From an uncultured Planctomycetales bacterium (GTDB lineage: Bacteria; Omnitrophota; Gorgyraeia; Gygaellales; Profunditerraquicolaceae): a stretch of DNA of 64,000 nt. Under the pieces are notes generated by a model. That model was not told where the DNA came from. It saw nothing but the letters and a program-made list of their open reading frames with translations, and made no database searches. The stretch covers positions 505-64,504 of the forward strand of contig CAZYCL010000009.1 of assembly GCA_964645795.1 (NCBI GenBank), given 5' to 3'. Below are positions 56,820 to 64,000 of the stretch, in pieces (within the stretch, counting starts at the first letter, position 1; each line of letters opens with the position of its first letter). Made by a program: the position numbers and the translations under genes.

Positions 56820-57980
56820 ATGTTCAGGCTTTCGAAGAAAATTCAGGCTTTGCCTGCGTATTTGTTCCTCGAGATCGATAAGGCTAAAAGAAAAGCCCGC
56901 TCCCAGGGGCGGGATATTATTGACTTTGGGGTCGGGGACCCGGATACGCCTACCCCAGGGCATATCATCGACGCGCTAAACCAGGCATCCCGCGATCCGG
57001 CCACGCACCGTTATGCCCTGGATCAGGGCGCGCCTGTTTTGCGCAATACCATAGCTAACTGGTACAAAAGTCGTTTTAATGTCCAGCTGAACCCTGAGTC
57101 CGAGATACTGCCGCTCATCGGCTCCAAAGAGGGCATCGCTCATCTGCCGCTTGCCTTCCTCGACCAGGGCGATTATTCGCTGGTGCCTGACCCGTGCTAT
57201 CCTCCTTATAAGGGCGGCACCATTTTAGCAGGAGGCAAGTCCTATCTCATGCCGCTGTTGGAAAAGAACGGGTTCCTTCCCGATCTTGGCAGGATCCCAA
57301 TATCTGCCCGCAAAAAAGCAAAGCTTATGTTCATCAATTACCCCAACAATCCCACCAATGCCGTTGCCGATGCAGGTTTCTATAAAAAGGTGATAGGGTT
57401 CGCCGCCAAGAACAGGATCATCGTTGTATCTGACCTGGCCTACTCTGAAATGTCCTATGACGGCTATAAGCCTTCCAGTTTCCTGGAGGTCGAGGGGGCA
57501 AGGGAGGTGGCAATCGAATTCCATTCTTTATCCAAGACCTATAACATGACCGGATGGCGCGTTGGCTGGGCCTGCGGTAATCCGCAGCTCATATCGGCCC
57601 TGGCCAAAGTCAAATCCAATATCGATTCCGGAATATTTACGGCGTTACAATTAGCGGGTGTCGCTGCCCTATCCGGCCCTCAGGGACATGTTGAATCCAT
57701 GAATGCCCTCTATCAACGCAGGAGGGATATTCTTTGCGGCGGTTTAAATTCTCTGGGTTGGCAGTTGCATGCTCCCAAGGCCACTTTCTATGTTTGGATA
57801 AGAACGCCCAAAAAGACCGGCTCTATTGATTTTGCCCGGCTCCTCCTTGAGAAGGCGGATATCATAGCTACTCCCGGAGTGGGTTTCGGAAAGCACGGTG
57901 AAGGTTATATCCGTATGGCCCTTACCGTCGCAGAGGAAAGGATTAAAGAGGCGCTGGAAAGGCTGGCGAGGCTGGGATAA
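56820..57980 (+). CDS. class I/II aminotransferase, likely LL-diaminopimelate aminotransferase (DapL-type)
   Basis: LPAYLFLEID N-terminal motif typical of DapL and AlaA. SLSKTYNMTGWRVG PLP-Lys motif. It sits between dapB and folK in a lysine operon that lacks dapD, dapC and dapE. Confidence 0.55.
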   Translation: MFRLSKKIQALPAYLFLEIDKAKRKARSQGRDIIDFGVGDPDTPTPGHIIDALNQASRDPATHRYALDQGAPVLRNTIANWYKSRFNVQLNPESEILPLIGSKEGIAHLPLAFLDQGDYSLVPDPCYPPYKGGTILAGGKSYLMPLLEKNGFLPDLGRIPISARKKAKLMFINYPNNPTNAVADAGFYKKVIGFAAKNRIIVVSDLAYSEMSYDGYKPSSFLEVEGAREVAIEFHSLSKTYNMTGWRVGWACGNPQLISALAKVKSNIDSGIFTALQLAGVAALSGPQGHVESMNALYQRRRDILCGGLNSLGWQLHAPKATFYVWIRTPKKTGSIDFARLLLEKADIIATPGVGFGKHGEGYIRMALTVAEERIKEALERLARLG

Positions 57981-58381
57981 TGGCCATCTGTTATATCGGC
58001 ATCGGCTCCAACCTCGGAAACAGGCGGCTTAATATAAAGCAAGCAGTAACCAGGCTTAAGAAGCTTGAGGGCACCAGGCTCCTTAAGGTTTCCAGGATCA
58101 TCGAGACTGAGCCGGTAGGAGGCCCTTGCGGCCAGCCTAAGTTCCTGAATGCCGCCGCAAAGATCGATACAAGAGTTGACCCTCACGGGCTCTTGCGGCA
58201 ACTGAAGCGCATCGAGGCTGATATGGGCAGAAAGAAAGGCGCGCGCAACGGGCCGCGTATCATGGACCTGGATATCCTGTTCTATGGCGGCAGGACCGTC
58301 AGGACCAAGGACCTGACCATCCCTCACCCGAGGGTATTTGAACGGCAGTTTGTTTTAAGGCCGCTATCAGAGGTGATATGA
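57980..58381 (+). CDS. folK: 2-amino-4-hydroxy-6-hydroxymethyldihydropteridine diphosphokinase (HPPK)
   Basis: YIGIGSNLGNR start. IMDLDIL block. Confidence 0.85.
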   Translation: MAICYIGIGSNLGNRRLNIKQAVTRLKKLEGTRLLKVSRIIETEPVGGPCGQPKFLNAAAKIDTRVDPHGLLRQLKRIEADMGRKKGARNGPRIMDLDILFYGGRTVRTKDLTIPHPRVFERQFVLRPLSEVI

Positions 58382-59223
58382 TAATAATCCGGTCTCCTGA
58401 GAAGATGCGCAGCATCACTGACAGCCTTCATCGTAAAGGCAAGAGCGTCGGCTTTGTCCCGACGATGGGAGCTTTGCACCAGGGGCATTTGAGCCTGATC
58501 AGGCAGGCGCGCCTGGAGAATGATCGGGTGGTAGTGAGCATATTCGTTAATCCTGTTCAGTTCGGCTACAATGAAGATTTCGCCCGCTACCCGCGCGACC
58601 TGCAAAAGGATTCTTCCCTGTGCCGTAAGGCAGGCGTAGATTACCTGTTTTATCCCGGCGCCAAAGACATCTACCCCGCAGGATTTAAGAGCTACGTATG
58701 CGTTGAGGGATTAAGCGATATACTATGCGGATTTTACCGTCCCGGACACTTCCGGGGAGTAGCTACGGTAGTGGCCAAGCTTTTTAACATCGTAGCCGCG
58801 GATAAGGCCTACTTCGGACAGAAGGACGCCCAGCAGGCGGTGATCATCGCGCGCCTGGCCGAGGACCTTAATTTTCCCGTGAAGATCAGGGTGCTGCCTA
58901 CGGTAAGGGAAAGTGGCGGCCTGGCAATGAGCTCCAGGAACGCCTACCTAAGCCCAGCCGAAAGGCAAAAAGCTTTAGTGATCCCGCGCTCCCTTAAGAA
59001 AGCACAAGAGCTCGTCAAAAAAGGCGTGCGCGGCTGCTCAAGGATTGCGGAGTCGGTAAAAGAGGTGTTGGTAAGCGCCGATCCGCAAAGTATCGATTAT
59101 GTGGCCATCGTAGATCCCCGGAGCCTGCAGCCGCTTAATAGAATTAACAAGCAAGCGCTGCTGCTTGTGGCGGTAAAGATCGGCAAAGCGCGGCTTATCG
59201 ATAACATCATCCTGAAGGCTTGA
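58378..59223 (+). CDS. panC: pantoate--beta-alanine ligase
   Basis: VPTMGALHQGHLSL HxGH motif. VSIFVNPxQF block. Confidence 0.9.
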   Translation: MIIIRSPEKMRSITDSLHRKGKSVGFVPTMGALHQGHLSLIRQARLENDRVVVSIFVNPVQFGYNEDFARYPRDLQKDSSLCRKAGVDYLFYPGAKDIYPAGFKSYVCVEGLSDILCGFYRPGHFRGVATVVAKLFNIVAADKAYFGQKDAQQAVIIARLAEDLNFPVKIRVLPTVRESGGLAMSSRNAYLSPAERQKALVIPRSLKKAQELVKKGVRGCSRIAESVKEVLVSADPQSIDYVAIVDPRSLQPLNRINKQALLLVAVKIGKARLIDNIILKA

Positions 59224-60047
59224 TGAAGAACAAAAGGCTGAAAATAGGCATCGCGGGTTGCGGGGCAATAGGCTCGTCCCTGGCGCTTTTTATAAGAAAT
59301 GATTTCAAAGATAAAGCGGTTCTGGCGGGGATATACGATAAGGACCCTAAGGCCGGCCAGCGCCTGCGGCTAAGGCTTGGCAGGCAGGCAAAGGTTTGCC
59401 GCTCGCTTGGCGGGCTTATCCGCGCCTCAGACCTGGTGATCGAGGCCACCTCTATGCTTGCGGCCTTTGATATCGCCTATAAGAGCGTTTGTGCCGGCAG
59501 GGATGTTATGGTCATGAGTTCGGGCGGAATAATGAGCGGGCTAGGGCGGCTAAGGGATAAGGCCGGGGCTACGGCAGCGCGGATATATGTGCCCAGCGGA
59601 GCTGTCGCAGGCATCGATGCGCTTAAGGCGGCTTTATGCGCAAGGGTAGCAAAAGTGACCCTTACTACCAAAAAGCATCCTCGTTCATTTCTCGGAGTCC
59701 GGTATCTAAGAAAGAAAGGCCTGGATGCGCAAAAGATCAGGCAAGATACGCTCCTCTTTGAAGGCCCGGCGCAGGAAGCGATAAAGCTATTTCCTCAGAA
59801 CATTAACGTGGCCGCGACATTAAGCATGGCAGGTTTGGGTCCGGCAAAGACGAGGGTGAAGATCGTTGCTTCGCCGCGCCTGAAACGCAACACTCATGAG
59901 GTCCGGATCGAGGGGGTATGCGGGAAAGTCAGCGCCGTTACGGAAAACGAACTCCATCCGGATAATCCCAAGACCAGCTTCCTGGCGGTGCTTTCGGCAA
60001 TGGCGGTACTTAAGCAGATCGTTGAGCCGCTTAAGATCGGTACCTGA
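59220..60047 (+). CDS. nadX: L-aspartate dehydrogenase (NadX family)
   Basis: IGIAGCGAIG Rossmann motif. The LFPQNINVAATL, HPDNPKTS and VEPL blocks closely match Thermotoga NadX. Confidence 0.6.
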   Translation: MMKNKRLKIGIAGCGAIGSSLALFIRNDFKDKAVLAGIYDKDPKAGQRLRLRLGRQAKVCRSLGGLIRASDLVIEATSMLAAFDIAYKSVCAGRDVMVMSSGGIMSGLGRLRDKAGATAARIYVPSGAVAGIDALKAALCARVAKVTLTTKKHPRSFLGVRYLRKKGLDAQKIRQDTLLFEGPAQEAIKLFPQNINVAATLSMAGLGPAKTRVKIVASPRLKRNTHEVRIEGVCGKVSAVTENELHPDNPKTSFLAVLSAMAVLKQIVEPLKIGT

Positions 60048-60090
60048 CGGCGGCTTAAAAATTTAATTACGAGAGGAGGTGAACACGATA

Positions 60091-60330
60091 ATGGCAGAAA
60101 AGCTAGTTAAACTCGGGATAAAGCGAGTAAAGGGCTTTCTCTATTACATCGATAAGCAGGGTGATGTCTCCTGCGCTAAGATGGCTAGAGGAGCAAAAAA
60201 AGGCGGCAGCCCAAAGAAGGTAGCCAAATGCGGCATCAAGAGAAAACAGGGTTACCTTTATTTCTTGGATAAGAAAGGCGATGTCTCCTGCGCCAAGATG
60301 AAAAGAGGCGGCAAGAGAAAGAAGAGATAA
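60091..60330 (+). CDS. small basic protein built from two tandem about 28-aa repeats
   Basis: GAGAGGAGG RBS lies 11 nt upstream. The repeats K-x-GIKR-x2-G-x-LY-x2-DK-x-GDVSCAKM-x-RG occur twice. The DNA also repeats (GATGTCTCCTGCGCyAAGATG). Confidence 0.55.
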   Translation: MAEKLVKLGIKRVKGFLYYIDKQGDVSCAKMARGAKKGGSPKKVAKCGIKRKQGYLYFLDKKGDVSCAKMKRGGKRKKR

Positions 60331-60344
60331 GCATTGTCATATCA

Positions 60345-60405
60345 AGCGCCCCGCCCTCTAAAAGCCCGCAGGGTTGGTTTGTAGCGGTTTGAAGGGGCGG
60401 GGTCT
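60345..60405 (+). terminator. possible terminator (long-loop hairpin CCCCGCCC...GGGCGGGG followed by TCTTGTTTGTC)
   Basis: The 8-bp GC stem encloses a loop of about 38 nt. The U-tract is weak. Confidence 0.3.
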
Positions 60406-60430
60406 TGTTTGTCATAATCTTGGATAATCC

Positions 60431-63229
60431 ATGGAAGATAACATCATCATAAGGGGGGCCCGGGAACACAACCTGAAAAGCATCGACCTGACGCTGCCCC
60501 GCAATAAGCTTATAGTCGTAACAGGCCTGTCCGGTTCCGGAAAATCCAGTTTGGCGTTTGATACGATCTACGCCGAAGGCCAGCGCCGTTTCGTGGAAAG
60601 CCTTTCCAGCTACGCCCGCCAGTTCCTGGAGCAGATGTCCAAGCCTGACCTCGATTACATATCGGGGCTTTCCCCTACCATAGCCATTGAACAGAGGACT
60701 GCCGCAGGCAATCCCCGTTCGACTGTGGCAACCCAGACCGAGATCTATGATTACCTCAGGCTCTTGTTCGCCCGCATAGGACGGGTCCACTGTTTTGAGT
60801 GCGGCCAATTGATTAAAAGGCAGAGCGCTCAGGAGATCGTCGATCAGCTTTTGTCCGGGGCAGCGGGCAAGGATATCCAGATCCTGGCGCCGCTGGTGCG
60901 CGGCAGAAAAGGCCAGTATTCCCAGGTATTCGAATCCATCCAGAAATCGGGTTTTATCAGATGCCGCGTCGACGGGGTGGTGCACGAGCTGCCCGGCAAT
61001 ATCAAGCTGGAAAAGTACAAGACCCACGATATCGAAGTGGTTGTAGACCGCCTGACGGTGAAGCCTGAGTCCAAGAAAAGGCTCACCGATTCAGTAGAGA
61101 CGGCGCTCAAAGTGGGCAAAGGCATTGTTATAGTCAACCATCCGGCCGGCAGGAAGACCGATATGGTCTTCAGCGAGCAGTACTCCTGCGCTAAATGCGG
61201 CATAAATTACAGCGAAGTAGAGCCGCGCACTTTCTCGTTTAACTCTCCATACGGGGCATGTCCGGAATGTAACGGTCTGGGGACGAAGCTTGAATTTGAT
61301 CCTGACCTGGTCATCCCGGATACGGGCAAGTCCATAAACGAAGGCGCCATCGCCCCCTGGAAGAGGGGCGGCCGGGGTTATATCCTATATTACCGCTGGC
61401 TGCTCAGGGGGTTAGCCGAGCGCCTTGACTTTGACCTGGATACTCCTTTCAGGAGCCTTAAGAAGGACGTGCAGAAGGCCGTGCTGTTTGGGTGCGAAGA
61501 AGTGATAGGCAGTAAGCCTTTCGAAGGAGTTATCCCGCACCTGGAAAGGCTGTTCCGCCAGACCGACAGCGACTATTTGAAGGAAGAGATATCCAGGTTC
61601 ATGTCCAGCCAGTCCTGTCCGGCATGCGGGGGCGCGCGGCTTAAAAAAGAGAGTTTGGCGGTCACGGTCGGCAAAAAGAACATCCGTGAGGTGACGCTTC
61701 TTTCCATAAAAGAGGCGCACGCGTTCTTCAGGGGGCTCGGTCTTGATGAGCGCGAAAAGCAGATCGCCAGGCAGATACTTAAGGAGATATTGCAGAAGCT
61801 CGAGTTTTGCGTGAATGTCGGCCTTGATTATCTGACGCTGGATAGAAAAAGCTCCACTCTTTCCGGGGGCGAGGCCCAGAGGATCCGCCTGGCAACCCAA
61901 GTCGGCTCAGGCCTTGTGGGCGTGCTCTATGTCTTGGATGAGCCCAGCATCGGACTCCATCAGAGAGATAACTGCAAGCTGCTTTCCACGCTTAAAAGCC
62001 TTCGCGACCTGGGCAATACGCTGTTGGTCGTGGAGCATGATGAGAGCACCATACTTGAGGCCGACTTTGTAGTGGACCTGGGGCCGGGTGCCGGCAGGCA
62101 CGGGGGACGGATCATGTTTGCCGGGCCCAGGCAGGAGCTGATTAAGGACCGAAGCTCACTGACCGCCAAATACTTAAGACGGGAGCTGGCGATAAGGCCG
62201 CCGGAGTCAAGGAGGAGATGGAAAGAAAATAGGCTGCTCCAGATAAAGGGTTGTCGTCAGCACAACCTAAAGAACATCGACGTCAAATTCCCTCTGGGTT
62301 GTTTTATCTGTGTCACCGGCGTATCCGGTTCGGGAAAATCCACCCTTATTGACGATATCCTGTATAAGTCCCTGGCGCAAAAGCTTTATAATGCCAAAGA
62401 CAAGCCGGGTCAGCATTCCAAGATCTGCGGTTTTGAGCAGATTGATAAGGTTATAGAGGTGGACCAGTCACCGATTGGCAGGAGCCCGCGCTCCAACCCC
62501 GCTACCTACACCGGGACATATTCTCACATAAGGGATATTTTTAGCAGGTTGCCGGAGTCAAAGATGCGCGGGTACCGGCCGGGCAGGTTTTCTTTTAACG
62601 TCAAGGGCGGCAGGTGCGAGGCTTGTGCCGGAGACGGGATAAAGAAGATAGAGATGCATTTTCTGCCCGATGTCTATGTTAAGTGCGACCTCTGTAAGGG
62701 CCTCAGGTTTAACGATGCGACGCTTGAGGTCAGATATAAAGGCAGGTCTATCGCCGAGGTACTGGAGATGACGGTAGAAGAGGCGCTGGAGCTCTTCAGC
62801 AATATCCCGGCAATCAAGAATAACCTTGCTTACCTCTACGATGTGGGGCTGGGCTATATCCAGCTGGGGCAGCCAGCCACCACTCTTTCCGGCGGCGAGG
62901 CGCAGCGTATTAAGCTGGCCTCTGAACTTAGCCGGCGCTCCAGCGGCAATACCCTTTACATACTGGATGAACCCACTACCGGCCTGCACTTTGCGGACGT
63001 TGAAAAGCTCATCGGCGTCCTGCAGAGATTGGTGGATAAAGGCAATACCGTCATCGTGATAGAGCACAATCTGGAAGTGGTAAAATGCTCTGACTTCATA
63101 ATAGACCTGGGTCCGGAAGGGGGCGATGCTGGAGGCAGGGTAGTCGCCTGCGGCTCTCCCGAGGAGATAATCAACTGCGCAAGCTCTTATACCGCGGGGT
63201 TCCTCAAAAAGGTGTTGAAGAGATCTTGA
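60431..63229 (+). CDS. uvrA: excinuclease ABC subunit A
   Basis: Two ABC cassettes: [10 protein letters not shown] and [10 protein letters not shown] Walker A motifs and LSGGEAQR signatures. Zinc-finger Cys clusters. 932 aa. Confidence 0.95.
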   Translation: MEDNIIIRGAREHNLKSIDLTLPRNKLIVVTGLSGSGKSSLAFDTIYAEGQRRFVESLSSYARQFLEQMSKPDLDYISGLSPTIAIEQRTAAGNPRSTVATQTEIYDYLRLLFARIGRVHCFECGQLIKRQSAQEIVDQLLSGAAGKDIQILAPLVRGRKGQYSQVFESIQKSGFIRCRVDGVVHELPGNIKLEKYKTHDIEVVVDRLTVKPESKKRLTDSVETALKVGKGIVIVNHPAGRKTDMVFSEQYSCAKCGINYSEVEPRTFSFNSPYGACPECNGLGTKLEFDPDLVIPDTGKSINEGAIAPWKRGGRGYILYYRWLLRGLAERLDFDLDTPFRSLKKDVQKAVLFGCEEVIGSKPFEGVIPHLERLFRQTDSDYLKEEISRFMSSQSCPACGGARLKKESLAVTVGKKNIREVTLLSIKEAHAFFRGLGLDEREKQIARQILKEILQKLEFCVNVGLDYLTLDRKSSTLSGGEAQRIRLATQVGSGLVGVLYVLDEPSIGLHQRDNCKLLSTLKSLRDLGNTLLVVEHDESTILEADFVVDLGPGAGRHGGRIMFAGPRQELIKDRSSLTAKYLRRELAIRPPESRRRWKENRLLQIKGCRQHNLKNIDVKFPLGCFICVTGVSGSGKSTLIDDILYKSLAQKLYNAKDKPGQHSKICGFEQIDKVIEVDQSPIGRSPRSNPATYTGTYSHIRDIFSRLPESKMRGYRPGRFSFNVKGGRCEACAGDGIKKIEMHFLPDVYVKCDLCKGLRFNDATLEVRYKGRSIAEVLEMTVEEALELFSNIPAIKNNLAYLYDVGLGYIQLGQPATTLSGGEAQRIKLASELSRRSSGNTLYILDEPTTGLHFADVEKLIGVLQRLVDKGNTVIVIEHNLEVVKCSDFIIDLGPEGGDAGGRVVACGSPEEIINCASSYTAGFLKKVLKRS

Positions 63230-63247
63230 GCCAGGAGTATATTGAAT

Positions 63248-64000
63248 ATGATGAATAAGGCGGTTATTGCGATGTTGGCAGCCTGGGCCTGTTATGCCCA
63301 GGCCTATGCCCTGGAGATCGACCCCGTAAAGATCCGTCTCCTTGAGGGCGATTATAAGTCGGCTATAGCGCAGGGGGAAAAGCTGCTGGCGCACTCCTCC
63401 CGCGACTCCCGCCATATCGATGAACTTTATTACGTGCTGGGTATCAGTTACATGAAAGACGGCAACCTCCTGCGCGCCTCCGACATATTCGAGATAATCA
63501 TCAAGGAGCATAAAAACAGCCCTTTTAAGGAAGAAGCGATGATGGGGCTGGGAGATACGCATTTATTGCGGGGCGATATTTGCGGGGCAAAAGAGGTATA
63601 TGAGCGGCTCCTTAAGCAGAATCCCCAGACCAAGCTGAAGAGCCAGCTTTTTTACCGACTAAGCCAGGCGGGTTTTAAAAAGGGCGAGCTTGAGGATGGC
63701 AAGGTTTATCTTGCCAAGATCAGGGAACAGGCGCCGCTGACGCCCGAGCTTAAGGATGATGAAGGTGTTTCCGCGCTCCCTGCGGACCTGTCCGGGCTCT
63801 GCTATTCCGTCCAGGTAGGTGCGTTTTCCAAGCCCGATAACGCCCAAAACCTGGTTAAGCGGCTCAATGCAAAGGATTACCCCGCCTATATAGAGGAGAG
63901 CGGCCCTCCCCAGGGGGCAAAGTACCGGGTCAAGGTCGGAAGGTTTACTAACAGGGATGAAGCAGAGAAATTGCAGAAGAGGCTCTCCGCGGAAGGCTAT
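63248..64000 (+). CDS. SPOR-domain protein with an N-terminal TPR-like region (3' end beyond the window)
   Basis: Signal peptide. C-terminal YSVQVGAFSKPDNAQNLVKRL..YRVKVGRF matches the SPOR peptidoglycan-binding repeat. It runs to the window edge in frame. Confidence 0.6.
   Translation, partial: MMNKAVIAMLAAWACYAQAYALEIDPVKIRLLEGDYKSAIAQGEKLLAHSSRDSRHIDELYYVLGISYMKDGNLLRASDIFEIIIKEHKNSPFKEEAMMGLGDTHLLRGDICGAKEVYERLLKQNPQTKLKSQLFYRLSQAGFKKGELEDGKVYLAKIREQAPLTPELKDDEGVSALPADLSGLCYSVQVGAFSKPDNAQNLVKRLNAKDYPAYIEESGPPQGAKYRVKVGRFTNRDEAEKLQKRLSAEGY

Noticed and set aside
60236-63562. Long minus-strand ORFs (263 aa at 60236..61027 and 334 aa at 62558..63562)
   Set aside because: They are antisense to uvrA, whose two ABC cassettes are unambiguous.

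Overview
Bacterial chromosomal window of about 55% GC with nearly all genes on the + strand. It opens inside an rRNA operon: tRNA-Ile(GAT), tRNA-Ala(TGC), a 23S rRNA gene interrupted by two group I introns, and 5S rRNA. No 16S 3' end is visible in nt 1-233. The first intron (E. coli site about 1931) carries a single-motif LAGLIDADG homing endonuclease gene. The second (about E. coli position 2604, peptidyl-transferase region) has no ORF. Downstream are core metabolism genes: rsmD-coaD-yceD-rpmF-plsX-fabH-fabD-fabG-acpP-fabF, leuC-leuD-leuB-asd-truA-rplM-rpsI, argCJBDFGH, lysA-dapF-dapA-dapB-(dapL-like)-folK-panC-nadX, recG and uvrA. Accessory-looking content includes a GGDEF cyclase and a PilZ protein, a PEP-CTERM protein with an O-antigen-ligase-like membrane protein, and a split YeeE/YedE pair flanked by CxxCxxCC proteins and an Smr protein. 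Two cysteine-rich or secreted proteins are wedged between argH and lysA. The most unusual region is 21.0-30.5 kb. It holds two tandem, divergently oriented paralogs in which an SGNH-hydrolase fold is split by a long TPR array; their 3' ends share an identical 112-nt block. Next to them is a second, dedicated type-II FAS/PKS-like cassette: a catalytically dead KS homolog (C/H/H replaced by F/N/E), a FabG-like KR, a private ACP, a FabZ-like DH, an active KS, an alpha/beta hydrolase and a CrtI-family FAD oxidoreductase. This is distinct from the housekeeping fab operon 2 kb further on. No CRISPR array, transposase or integrase was seen.
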